A DNA stretch of 64,000 nucleotides from Mobula hypostoma (lineage: Eukaryota), in assembly GCF_963921235.1 (NCBI RefSeq), contig NC_086097.1:46068001-46132000 (forward strand), read 5' to 3'. Position numbers and translations under genes: made by a program. The notes under the pieces are model-generated. The model did no database searches. It saw only the letters and a list, made by a program, of their open reading frames with translations, and had not been told where the DNA came from. Positions 34,160 through 47,172 of the stretch are shown here, piece after piece (position 1 is the stretch's first letter; every line of letters starts with the position of its first letter).

Positions 34160-36154
34160 TGGTCAAGTTGTACAGTGCTTGACAGGGAACGAGGAAAGGT
34201 GCAGCTGACTCATATCGTTTCCTCGCGGCCCGGTAACACATGCTTTGCGGCCCGGTGGTTGGAGACCGCTGCCTTAGAATTCTTCTTCCTCTTTGAGATG
34301 TATATATCCTGTGTCTTCCGAATTGCTTCCAGAAATTCCAGCCACTGTTGCTCTGCTGTCATCCCTGCCAGTGTTCTTTTCAAATCAACTCTGTCCAACT
34401 CCTCTCTCATGCCTTTGTAATTCCTTTTACTCCACTGTAATATTGACACATCTGACGTTAGTTTCTCCTTCTCTAATTTCAGGGTGCATTCAATCCTATT
34501 ATGGTGACCTTCTCCTAAGGGTTCATTTACCTTGAGCTCGTTAAATGATTCTGTTTCATTGCACAACACCCAATTTGTAGGAGATAAGCCTCTAGTGCGC
34601 TCAATCGCGAGCTGCTCTAAAAAGCCATCTCATAGGCATTCTAGAAATCCCCCCTCTTGGAATCCAGTACCAACCCGATTTTTTTTTTTCCAGTCTACCC
34701 GCATATTGAAATCCCCCATGACTGTTTGTAAAATTGCCCTTTTGGTATACATTTTCTATCTCCCATTGTAGTTTGTAGACCACACCCTTACTACTGTTAG
34801 GGGGACTGTATATAACTCCCATTAGGGTCTTATTACTCTTGCAGTTCCTTAGCACTATACACAATGTTTAAACACCTTCCAACCCTATTTCATCTCTTTC
34901 TAATAACTTGATTTCATTTTTCACCAATAGAGCAACGCCACCCTCTCTGTTCTCCTGCCTGTCTTTTTGCTACAATGTGTATCCTTGGACATTAAACTCC
35001 CATCTATAATCTTCTATCAGGCATGATTCAATGACGCCTACAACATCATACGTGCCAATCTGTAACCGTGCTACAAGTTCATCAACCTTATTCCATTTAC
35101 TGCACACATTTATATATAACACCTTCAGTCCTGTATTCACCCTTTTCTATTTTGTCCACCTTTTACCTTGCAACTCATCCTGTTGACTGCAATTTTGCCC
35201 CATCGTCAGCCTCTCCCTGCTAGGACTCTCACTACACATTGCTTATTGTAAGCCAACTACCCCAGCCTCAGCACTATCACTGTGGTTCCCATCCTGCTGC
35301 CAAATTAGATTAAACACACCCAAACAAATCTAAACAACCTGCCTGCAAGGATATCGGACCCCCTCAGGTTCAGGTGTAGCCCGTCCCTTTTGTACAGACC
35401 CGTCCCTTTTGCACAGACCCGTCCCTTTTGAATATCCTGTGGAAACTAAAACAGAGAAGTTGTACTGGGTGTAAAAGAACTGGCAAATTAAATATTTTGT
35501 ATCGATGTTCACTACAAAAGACACATTAAAGGTAAAGCTGGTGCTGAAGGAAGATAACAGTAGTATTATCACTCAATGTAAAATACAACAGATATTCAGG
35601 TGTATGACAGACCTGATGGAACTCTGTGCAGCAATCTAAGAGGTGGCTGCAAACCTTGCACATGGACCAGTGTTGGTCTCACAGAAATTCATTGATTGTG
35701 AAACATTGGCAGCATATTAGAACTAATAACTGTAAAACTGGTATTTAAAGAGGGAGAAGACTGAATATAGAACTGAAGAGTGGTCAGCCGTGCACTTGCT
35801 GTTAGTAAAATGCTGGAATCCATCATTAGGGATGCTTAAAAGATCCTGTAAATTCTAGTTTGTTTAGGCGGAGGTTGTATTGTGTTATTGAAGAAGTCAT
35901 GTCAGAGTAATAGAATGGAGCTTTTTCTGAATATAACTGGCATGGTAAATGGGGGAAACCAATATGTTTTCAAAAGACATTTGATAAGGGACCATATTGA
36001 AATATTATTAATAATGAGTCCACAGGGTTGACTGAGGTTTAGAGTTGGACATTAGCACTGATAGAATTTGTGAAGGTCAGAAAATGGTAGGAATAAATGC
36101 ATAATTTTTGGGTTGGCAAACTATTACTAAATGGATGCCAAAAGAGGGTCTTTT

Positions 36155-36602
36155 CAAAGATTCAAAGTACATTTATTATCAATGTGTGTATGCAGTATAG
36201 AACCCTAATATCCATCTTCTCACAGACAGCCATGAAACAAAGAAAACCATGGGACCCATTCAGAGAAAACACCAAACCCCCCGCACACAAAAGAAAAGAA
36301 CAAATCTTACAAATACCAAAAAAAACTGAGCAAAAAAACACAAAATATAAATGATCAACCACAAAGTCAATGAAACAGCTGGGGAATGTTTGAGCTTCAG
36401 CTCAGTTCAATCCGGTCAAGTGCTGTGCCATCCACTGACCACAGGCCACAGAGCAAGTTCACCCTGATTAACATCGCACAAAGTAGCAATGAAAAGCAGC
36501 AACCAGAAACCACTAACTCAGCGCAATATGAACAGCAGAGTCCAGTCCATCAAGTCGATCAAACCTTGCCCCAGACCCAAGACTCCAGCACCATCCTTCA
36601 GC
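36155..36602 (-). mobile_element. Third copy of the Rex1-tailed non-autonomous element, inserted in an old CR1 relic (~35600-37300)
   Basis: Same tail (TTCAAAGTACATTTATTATC) and body (GATCAAACCTTGCCC..GACCCAAGACTCCAGCACC) as 17762-18392. Confidence 0.7.
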
Positions 36603-39600
36603 TGTATTAATCACCAAAAAGAAAAGATTTAGTGGTGGCTTTTCTAAGTTTGCTGATGTTGCAGAGGAGGAAACTACAAAAGGTCTGTGACTTGATACAT
36701 TGAAGTTAAGTAAGTGGGCAAAAGTTATCACTCAGAAAAATGTGAAGTTATGAAATTTGTAGGAAGAATTGAAAAACAATATTTTAAATGGGTGAGAAAC
36801 CAGTAAACACTGGTGCACAGAAAGATTTTAGTGCACTGCTGCGTGATTTGCAAAAGGTATATTATATTTTATGCAATAGGATTAAAATGAAATTAAGTGA
36901 TAATGTCTTCCTAAGACTGTATAGGGCTAAAGTGACATTTGGTGTGTGTCTATAGAATTTACTTGAAGATTACGGGGTAGATTTATGTATTAGACAGATT
37001 CCTGGGATGAGACCATAATCCTTTGAGGAGGGATTGTTTAATATTTATTTACAGTCAATGCAATTTATGAAGGGTAGAGGTGGTCACATTGATTTAAGAT
37101 TCTAAGAAGGGTTGATGGACTGGATGGTAAGTGGCCCTGTAGCTTGAGGAGAGTCTAGACTTGGGAGAAGACCATTTAGGATTTTGGTGAGGACATTATT
37201 TCTTTTTAGATTTCTGCACCTCAGAGGATTATGGTTGTTCAGTGACTAAATATATTCAAAGTTGAAATTAAGGTGCAAGGAAATAAGGGAGAAAGATCTT
37301 GAGAGGTTCTGTGCCCAAAAAGTTGCGATTATTTCTGATGTTTTTATGCTGCACTTGAAGTATGTTAGATACCTTCTGTAGGCAGCATTGGCAATTTTTG
37401 AGGTTTGCTACACTTCATTCCTTGTTTATTTTTTAAGTGTTCACAGAAGACTGGGTCTAAAGTCTAAAAATTAGTACATCTCCTCTAACTTTCACATTCA
37501 CACCAAGGATAAAACACATTCTACGAGCATGCTGATTATTGGAGGACTTTATTATGGAAAATGCTGAAGAAAAGCTTTGGTGTTTTGCTGGTAGCATAAC
37601 TTGTAATTACATTGAAAGCGCGAGTTATCCTTCTATCAGATTTTAATGAGATATGCTAGATTTGAATTTGATTGAATTGACCACACCTTTACCTCAATAT
37701 ATTCTGAAATGACTAAAACTTGTTTGAGCAGGTCAGCAGATTCTAGCAGAATTATAGACTGGAAATGTATTAGGAAAACATCTTAGTCCAAGGTCTATGT
37801 TACAACACGATGCTCATTACAGCTTTGTAGGCACGCTGGCCTGAAGTGACAGAACTTGTACAGGCAAGAGAATGATTAACTCTTCAGTGGTAAATCAGAT
37901 TTCAGTTTATTATTCATCCATCCCTAATTCGCTTTGTTGAAACACGGGGTTTTTATGCTTCTCACTCATCATGTCACTAATTCAATCCTCCTCCTCACCG
38001 ATTGTCTCAGGCTGAACCAGACTATTTGGAGCTTCAGCATGCACTGACTTCATGGGCTACTCTATCACAAAGACTACCTACTGCACCGAGGAGTGGGAGT
38101 GGATAATTTGGCCTCTTGAACCTCTTCCACCATCCAATCAAATCATGGACTTTCTAGACTCACCTTCTCCCCACATCCCTTAATAGCTTGGGTTCAGTAA
38201 GCTTTTTCTTTTAACATTAGCAGCTAACAAAGCATCAATTTCTCTTTGTGGAAATATATTCCAAGCTTCTATTCCTTTCAATGCCTGGAAATGTTTGCAA
38301 ACTTCACACCTGGCTGTACTTTTTTTCTAATCTTTGGTCACTGCACACAATCAGCAGTGATTGTCTCCTTTGACTATCTCTCTCCTTTGACCTTTTCAGT
38401 TTCTAGTTGTATACTGAAAACATAACCTAATTCACCTCCTAACATCCTAAATTCCAAACTGCTACCATGGTGTCTGTAATCTCTCTTCCCAGTTAAATCC
38501 AGTTATCACTGGTTAATGCTTATTCAAGGCCATTTTGCTTTCCTAAAGTTCACAGTGCATGAGGTATGGTTTAACCAGGATGTGTTATAACTGTAGCTAC
38601 ACTTATCTGGCTAATGACACTACTCCAACACATGTCTTCATCACCCTTGGAGTCAGCAGTTTTCTTTGGCCGGTCTCCCATCCTTCTGGCTCTGTAAATT
38701 TCAGCTCAGTTAAAGCACCACTGCCTTTATCCTGCTCTGCACCAAGCCTTCCTCTGCCATAATGCTTGTTCTTCCTGGTTTACACAGACTCCAGTCCATT
38801 GAAACCAAAAGTTTAAACTATTTATCCCTGAATATGAAGGGCTTCAAACCCTTGTCCTGCATGATCTCTGTTCTTCTTCCAGTACAACATGCTTATGTAA
38901 TGTACGTGCTTGAAGCATTGAAATCAGGTGAACCCCTGAATCAATTCCGTCCTTTCCATGTCAACCCCTCTTCCCCAATCCTAGTGCTACCCCTCATCTT
39001 GATTGCACATGCTAAAATTCCCCCCTTAAACCCTTCTATTTCTCCATTCCCATTGCTACTTTAACACTCGTTTTGAAACTGACATTTACTAAGTGTTTGT
39101 TCATGCACTTCTTTCATTTAGTGTGGATTCTTCTGTCTGATTTTTGCAGCAGAATTATCCTGTTTTATTTTAGAAGAAATCAAGAACACAGGAAAATAGA
39201 AGGCAGCCAGAAAACCCCTTAAGCCCGTATTCTCTCTCCCACCACCATCCCTTTTTTAATATGATCATGGCTGATCTATGCTGTGCTTAACTCCTTTTCA
39301 ATGCAAGTTCCATATAGTCCTCAATTCCTCAGTCTTTCAAAATATTTACTTATCTCCATCATAAAAATCTCCAATGATCTGGCCTGCACCACCCTTGTGA
39401 ACAGAATTGTAGAGGTTTACTACAATGTGATTTAAAAAAATTTCTACACAGATCAGTTTTTAATGACCAGTTCCTTATCTTGTAAGTATGTTCCCTTGTT
39501 CAAGACTTCCCATTGTTGCAAAGGTCTCAGTATTATCCTGTAAAATGTTCTTAGAATCCTCAATGTTTGAAGAAGGTCACCTTTCATTTATTTAAACTCT

Positions 39601-41709
39601 AAGAAATAGCGATCCAGACTCTTTGGCTTGAGATGATAGGCCAATCCTCTTATCCCAGGAGCAAGATTGGTGAAACTCCTCTGGACTGCTTCAAGTACAA
39701 GATAGCGCCAATGATCGTCAGTGACGTTCTGTGGGCTGCAGACAACAGTTCTAAATATACTTCTAAATATACCTTTTTCAATTACTCTCCCTGCAGTCTG
39801 CAGCATGTACTTTCCCTCTATGCGATGTGCTTTTAAATGAACTTAATGATTTTCCAATTTCATGATCGCCTGAAGGACTCAGCTGACCAGGTGTGTTTGG
39901 CACCGTTAAACAGACGAAGACTCATTGCCTTGGCCGGAAGTGAGGCAGGAGGGGGACTCCAAGCTGGGCTGAAATGCAGTGGGATGAGGCCCCTCTTCCC
40001 AGCATCTTACTGGCAAATGTGTAGTCACTGGAGAACAAAACTGAGGACCTGCGGACAAGATTGCTGTATTGGAGAGAAATGAGAGACTGTTGACTTCTAT
40101 GTTTGACTGAAACATGGCTTTCTCCCAGCATCACACACAAAATGCTGGAGGAAGTCAGCAGGCCAGGCAGCATCTGACATTCTACCAGCATGCCAGATAC
40201 AGCAGTCAGACCTGAATGGACTGTTTATAGAATGGACTGAACCGTTGATTTGGAAAAGGCAAAAGGAGATGGCATGTGTTTCATGATCAACTCTCAGTGG
40301 TGCCTTGTGCGGCGGTTTTCTCAGACTCAAGTTCCGCCGATTTGGAACACCTAACAGCCAAATGCTATCCATTTTATTTACCTAGGGAGTTTTCATCCGA
40401 GATTCTCACCAGAGTTGACATACCACCAGCTGCTGGCTATAATCAATTGCTCGCGATACTACATGATGCTTTCTCCAAACAAGAAACAAGACTCATTTCA
40501 AATCATAGTTGGAGACTTCAACCAGGCTTGTTTGAAGAAAATCCTGCCCAATTATCATCCGCATATAGCCTGTAGCACCAGAGTTTCCAAAACACTCGAC
40601 CATTGTTATACTTGGATAAGGAATGCCCACTGTTCCATGCCCAGAATAAACTTCAGTAAATCAGATCACTTGGCTGTCTTTCTCCTACCTGCAGGATAAA
40701 GAGTAACGTTCCAGAGATTAGGATAACAAAGAGGTGGTCACGGGAGGTAGAGGAGCGGCTATGGGATTGCTCTGAGTCAGTGGACAGGGCCAAAGACTCA
40801 TCTGTGGATCTCAGTGAGTACACCATGGTTGTAATGGGCATTAGCAAAACGCTGTAGATGAGTGTTCCACCACAAAATCATTCAGCGTCTTTCCCAATCA
40901 GAAGCTCTAAAGAACAATGAGATCCAAAATTTGTTGAGAAGCTGATCTGAGGCATTCATGTCTGGTGACCAAGAAAGTTACAAGAGGTCCAGATACAACC
41001 TCTGGAAAGTGATTTCACATGCGAAGTAGCAATTCTGGACCAAAGTTGAATCAACAAAGGATGCTTGACAGTCGTGCCAGGGCTTGAATGTTATCACCTC
41101 TTATAAAGTTAAATCGAGTGAGTTTGGCGACACGGGCTTCACTTCCAGATGAGATCAATGCCTTTTATGCTCACTTTGACTGTCAAAATATAGAGAAGCC
41201 ATCATAAACTCCCACATCCCCCAATGATCCTGTGATTTCCGTGTTTGAAGCCGATATGCAAGCAGTCTTCAGAAGGGGGAACCCGTGAAAAGTGCCTAGC
41301 ACAGATGAGGTACCTGGGCAAGTACTAAAGGCCTGTGATGATCAACTGGCTGGAGTGTTCACTGAGATCTTTAACCTCTTGCTTCGGCAGTGTGTTGTAA
41401 CCCCCCTGCTCCAAGCAGGCTTCAATTATACCAGTGCCAAGAAAAGTGTGATTCCTGCCTCAATGATCATCGCCCAGTAGCATTTACATCCACAAACATT
41501 CTACAGATGTGTGGTGGAGAGTACATTGACTGGCTGCATCACAACATGGTATGGAAACACCAATGCCCTTAAACAGAAAATACTACAAGAAGTGGTGGAT
41601 AATGCCCAGTCCATCGTGGGTAAAGCCCTCCCTAGCATTCAGCACATCTATGTGAAACACTGTCACAGGAAAGCAGCATCCCTTATCAGGAACTCTGGCC
41701 ACCCAGGAC

Positions 41710-44543
41710 ATAGAAACATAGAAAACAGGTGCAGGAGTAGGCCTTTTGGCCTTTCGAGCCAGCACTGCCATTCATTACGATCATGGCTGATCATCCAACT
41801 CAGAACCCTATACCTGCCTTCTCTCCATACCCGCTGATCCTTTAGCCACAAGGGCCTTATCTAACTCCTTCTTAAATATAGCCAATGAACTGGCCTCAAC
41901 TGTTTCCCGTGGCAAAGAATTCCACAGATTCACCACTCTCTGTGTGAAGAAGTTTTTCCTCATCTCGGTCCTAAAAGGCTTCCCCTTTATCCTCAAACTG
42001 TGACCCCTTGTTCTGGACTTCCCCAACATCGGGAACAATCTTCCTGCATCTAGCCTGTCCAATCCCTTTAGAATTTTATATGTTTCAATAAGATCCCCCC
42101 TCAATCTTCTAAATTCCAGTGAGTATAAGCCTAGTCAATCCAATCTTTCATCATATGAAAGTCCTGCCATCCCAGGAATCAACCTGGTGAACCTTCTTTG
42201 TACTCCCCCATGGCAAGAATGTCTTTCCTCAGATTAGGGGACCAAAACTGCACACAATACTCCAGGTGTGGTCTCACCAAGGCCTTGTACAACTGCAGTA
42301 GTACCTCCTTGCTCCTGTACTTGAATCCTCTTGCTATGAATGCCAGCATACCATTCGCCTTTTTCACCGCCTGCTGTACCTGCATGCCCACTTTCAATGA
42401 CTGGTGTACAATGACACCCAGGTCTCGTTGCACCTCCCCTTTTCCTAATTGGCCACCATTCAGATAATAATCTGTTTCCCTGTTCTTGCCACCAAAGTGG
42501 ATAACCTCACATTTATCCACATTAAATTACATCTGCCATGAATTTGCCCACTCACCTAACCTATCCAAGTCACCCTGCATCCTCTGAGCGTCCTCCTCAC
42601 AGCTAACACTGCCGCCCAGCTTCGTGTCATCCGCAAACTTGGAGATGCTGCATTTAATTCCCTCATCCAAGTCATTAATATATATTGTAAACAACTGGGG
42701 TCCCAGCACTGAGCATTGCAGTACCCCACTAGTCACTGCCTGCCATTCTGAAAATGTCCCACTTATTCCCACTCTTTGCTTCCTGTCTGCCAACCAATTC
42801 TCTATCCACATCAATACCATACCCCCAATACCGTGTGCTTTAAGTTTGCACACTAATCTCCTCTGTGGGACCTTGTCAAAAGCCTTTTGAAAATCCAAGT
42901 ATACCACATCCACTGGTTCACTCTACTAGTTACATCCTCAAAAAATTCTATGAGATTTGTCAGACATGATTTTCCTTTCACAAATCCATGCTGACTTTGT
43001 CCAATGATTCACTGCTTTCCAAATGTGTTGTTATCACATCTTTGATAACTGATTCTAGCATTTTCCCCACCACCGATGTCAGGCTCACCGGTCTATAATT
43101 CCCCAGTTTCTCTCTCCCTCCTTTTTTTAAAAAGCGGGGTTACATTAGCCACCCTCCAATCCTCAGGAACTAATCCAGAATCTAAAGAGTTTTGAAAAAT
43201 TATCACTAATGCATCCACTATTTCTTGGGCTACTTCCTTAAGCACCCTGGGATGCTGACCATCTGGCCCTGGGATTTATCTGCCTTCAATCCCTTCAATT
43301 TACCTAACACCACTTCCCTACTAACATGTATTTCCCTCAGTTCCTCCATCTCACTCAACCCTCGATCCCTTACTATTTCCGGAAGATTATTTATGTCCTC
43401 CTTAGTGAAGACAGAACCAAAGTAGTTATTCAAGTGGTCTGCCATGTCGTTGTTCCCCATGATCAATTCATCTGTTTCTGACAGTAAGGGATCTACATTT
43501 GTCTTAACCAATCTTTTTCTTTTCACATATCTATAAAAGCTTTTATAGTCAGTTTTTATGTTCCCTGCCAGCTTTCTCTCATAATTTCTTTTCCCTTTCC
43601 TAATTAAGCCCTTTGTCCTCCTCTGCTGGACTCTGAATTTCTCCCAGTCCTCAGGTGAGCTGCTTTTTCTGGCTAATTTGTATGTTTCTTCTTTGGAATT
43701 GATACTATCCCTAATTTCCCTTGTCACCCACGGATGCACTACCTTCCCTGGTTTATTCTTTTGCCAAACTGGGATGAACAATTGTCATAGTTCATCCATG
43801 CGATCTTTAAATGCTTGCCATTGCATATCCACCGTCAATCCTTTAAGTGTCATTTGCCAGTCTATCTTAGCTAATTCACATCTCATACCTTCAAAGTTAC
43901 CCTTCTTTAAGTTCAGAACCTTTGTTTCTGAATTAACTATGTCACTCTCCATCTTAATGAGGAATTCCACCATATTATGGTCACTCTTACCCAAGGGTCC
44001 TCTCACGACAAGATTGCTAATTAACCCTTCCTCATTGCTCAATACCCAGTCTAGAATAGTCTGCTCTCTAGTTGGTTCCTCGACATGTTTGTTCAGAAAA
44101 CCATCCCGCATACATTCCAAGAAATCCTCATCCTCAGCACTCTTATCAATTTGGTTCGCCCAATCTATATGTAGATTGAAGTCACCCATTATAACTGCTT
44201 ATGAACGCAGCAGGCCAGGCAGCATCTCTAGGAAGAGGTGCAGTCGACGTTTCAGGCCGAGACTGCCTGGCCCTCTTCCTAGAGATGCTGCCTGACCCTC
44301 TTCCTAGAGATGCTGCCTGGCCCTCTTCCTAGAGATGCTGCCTGGCCTGCTGCGTTCACCAGCAACTTTTATGTGTGTTGCTTGAATTTCCAGCATCTGC
44401 AGAATTCCTGTTGTTTGCATTATAACTGCTGTTCCTTTATTGCACGCATTTCTAATTTCCTGGTTAATGCCATCCCCAACCTCACTACTACTGTTAGGTG
44501 GCCTGTACACAACTCCCACCAGCGTTTTCTGCCCCTTAGTGTT
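41710..44543 (-). mobile_element. Young 5'-truncated CR1 LINE (same family as 27602-28702)
   Basis: Collinear ORF2 pieces 44304..44549, 43785..44189, 43230..43781, 42527..42913 (FADDTK), 42179..42520 and 41808..42104. Tail CATAGAAACATAGAAA at ~41709. Confidence 0.95.
44200..44417. mobile_element. Penelope-derived fold-back insertion with 13-bp TSD
   Basis: TSD CATTATAACTGCT at 44187-99 and 44418-30; 37-bp inverted arms at 44202-38 and 44322-58; three 25-bp tandem units at 44271-44345. Confidence 0.85.
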
Positions 44544-46473
44544 ATGCACTTCTCACTGCTGCCATCAGGAAAATGGAACAGGAGCCAGAGGACTCACACC
44601 ACCAGGTTCAGGAGCAGTTATTACCCCTCAACCATCAGGCTCTCGAACCAAAGGAGATAACTTCACTCAACTTCATTTGCCCCATCATTGAAATGTTCCC
44701 ACAACCAAAAGACTCACTTTCAAGAATTCTTCATCTCATGTTTTTGGTATTTATTACTTATTTATTATTATTTCTTCTTTTTGTGTTTGCACAGTTTGTT
44801 TTCTGCACTGTGGTTCAACACCCTAGTTGGGTAGTCTTTCACTGATTCTGTTATGGTTATTATTCTATCGATTTATTCAATATGCCCACAAGGAAATGAA
44901 TCTCTGGTTTGTATATAGTGACATATACATACTTCGATAATAAATTGACTTTGATTAAAATTTACTTGGAACTTATTCCAATGCTATTCTATCTAGCATT
45001 AGTTCGGAGGTCCAAAACTGTGCACAGTATTTCAGGAATGGCCTTACCAATGCCCCATACAATTATAACAAAACCACCCTACATTAAAGTATGCTCTTTG
45101 CCTTCTTACCTACCTGTTGAACCTGTTTTTTAACTTATTGTGACTCATGCAGTCGAACACTTAAGTTGTTCTTTACTTCATTCATTCCCATCCCTCTGCA
45201 TTTAGATAACAATTTGTCTTGTTTCCTCTTATCAAACAGCATGACCTCACACTTTCCTACATTAAAATCCAAGTGCCAGATATTGCCCAGTCACTCAGAC
45301 TTTCTATACCTCAACATAATCACAATGTCCTTATCATCTTGACCCTTCCACCTATTTTAGTATCATCAGCATACTTGGCAACCTTACAATTGTTCTCTCT
45401 CTTGGGTCTGTTATATAAATAGTGAAAACCTGAGGATCAGGAACCGAACCCTGAAATATTGCACTACTTGCATCCCTTCATCCAAAGGAGTTGGTCATTT
45501 CAACTTGGATTTTCTATGTGACATCCAGTTTTCTATCCATATCAACACCCTTTCTCCAACAGCTTGGGCTCTTAGTTTATGCAGTAGTCTCTAAAGTGGC
45601 ATCTTATTAAATGCATTTGGAAATCTAAATACACTACAAGTCTTAAATTTTCCTGTCACATCCGTGCATGGTGACTAGGTTTGATCATATTCAGCTTTTC
45701 TAAATGATTGGTTATTGACTCCAGAACTTACTCACAGTAGATATTAAAACATCTGGCCTGAGTTCCCCTTCTCTGGCCTCCTCTCTTTTTGAATGACGGA
45801 TTCACATTGATTGTCTTCTGGTACCCTCCTGGAATTTAGTGAGTTTTGGAAAATCTCAGTCAAATGTTACATTGATCAACTCCATATACTACATTGAAGA
45901 ATTATACTATTGCAAGTTAATGGTGTTGTAACAGCATATGGAACAGTAGGTAGCAGGAAGCTTTTGCACTCAAGGGCATTAGAATCTGAGAAGAGTTGAC
46001 AAACTTTGCTTCTGGTAAGACGTTTACAATGCATGTCTGGAAGGAAAAGGATAGGGAGTGAATGAAATGGTGCAGGATAGGACTTTTACTGAGCGAAGAG
46101 TATTTCTTTGCACTAGTCTGAAATAATATGTCTATAATACGGTTGTAATTAATACTAAATTGTGCAAGGATTCAGAAACCCTGAGATGGCTGATATGGGA
46201 TCTGAAACTACCTCATTTGTGCAATAGTGATGTTTTCCTGAGACTGTGGCCAATTAGAAGATCCTATTTAACAATAAATTAAATGTTCTATTCTTCCAGG
46301 AAATAACAAAATTGAATAACCCATGGAAATTTCATTTACAAAATAAAGCTCTTTGTCAGTGAGCTGGCAGATTAAAATGTCATGCATCAAGTAACAATAT
46401 TACACTGTTAAACAATTTAAACTTTTATCAATCTGAATTATAATGATTCTTTTACTTATTTCTATTTTGTTAG

Positions 46474-46561
46474 TACATGCCCCTTGATGGGGAGTTCATT
46501 CTCAGTCACAGTGCTGGATTTGCTGCAAGTGATGGTCAGATTGAACCAGGATGTGAAAGAG
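46474..46561 (+). CDS. AMN: Amnionless exon 4 (88 nt)
   Basis: TTTTGTTAG acceptor and GTATAT donor. YMPLDGEFILSHSAGFAASDGQIEPGCER matches human LLPLDGELVLASGAGF. Confidence 0.92.
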
Positions 46562-46580
46562 GTATATCATTACAAATAAA

Positions 46581-47172
46581 CTCTTCTTCGGCTTCCAGTC
46601 AAGTATGGGTATTGATTATAACCAACGTTTCAATGACAATCTCTGCCATCGTCTTCAGGGATGATGCCTGGGCATGTCTAGTCTGGTGGTACCCCCATAG
46701 TATGTCCCTCCTGATTGGCTAGTCCTCATCCAATCTGGTTTCTGCTCTCCAACCTTGTTTATAATCGACTTCCAGTTCTTACTTGAGCGAGACCTTCATC
46801 TTTGTTAAAATTCTTTTGCTCTAGTTTTATTTCAATGGTTTCTTTTACCAGGCTGTCCAAAAAGCCATTGGCGTGGACCAGTAGTTTTACACCATTGAAG
46901 TCAATCCTATGGCCATTGTAAATGCAGTTTTCTGCTACCACCGATTTCTCTGGGTAACCCAAACGAATACACCTCCTGTGCTCCTTGATGCGGGTTTCCA
47001 CCGTGCATCCCACCTGGCCTATTATACGCTGCTCTGCATTCACAGGGAATCCTGTAAATGCCAGCCAACCCAAATCCCAGGTCATCCTTGCGGGTTTGTG
47101 GATGGTATTAATCCAGTATTTCTTCAGGATCCTGGTGATCCTTCCGGGAACTGCAGAAATATAGGGGAGACA
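46581..47172 (-). mobile_element. Penelope-like element fragment: GIY-YIG endonuclease plus terminal hammerhead motif
   Basis: Minus strand GIYRIPCECRAAY.IGQ...TVETRIKEH...KSVVAEN...HRIDF (frameshifted; partly ORF 46759..47085), then CTGAAGA...GAAACGTT at 46621-46662. Confidence 0.88.

Larger units (their letters stand above)
33459..34271. mobile_element. Non-autonomous hAT (Charlie-like) element, composite
   Basis: TIRs CAGGGGTCCCCAACC / GGTTGGAGACCGCTG and a perfect 8-bp TSD CCTTAGAA at 33451-58 and 34272-79. Confidence 0.92.
31480..35430 (-). mobile_element. Decayed CR1 LINE split by a hAT insertion
   Basis: Collinear remnants GVIYSPPNSS (34601..34864), ELNKYFASVFT/VDKSPRPD (32731..33165), RGDLIETY (31709..32074), and the 3' end near 31480. 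Confidence 0.88.
39698..44955 (+). mobile_element. Decayed Rex1/Babar-type LINE interrupted by a CR1 at 41710-44543
   Basis: Start AAGATAGCGCC. EN remnants (PSILLANV.SLENK, TETW, GDFNQA, SDH), DQLAGVFTEIFN, then C-terminal VESTLTGCITTWYG...HPGH continuing after the insertion as FSLLPSG...TTRFRSSYYPSTIRL. Tail at 44896-44955. Confidence 0.85.

Noticed and set aside
44271..44345. Short direct repeats superficially like a CRISPR array (also 33706-33785)
   Set aside because: Head-to-tail repeats without unique spacers, no cas genes, and a vertebrate context.
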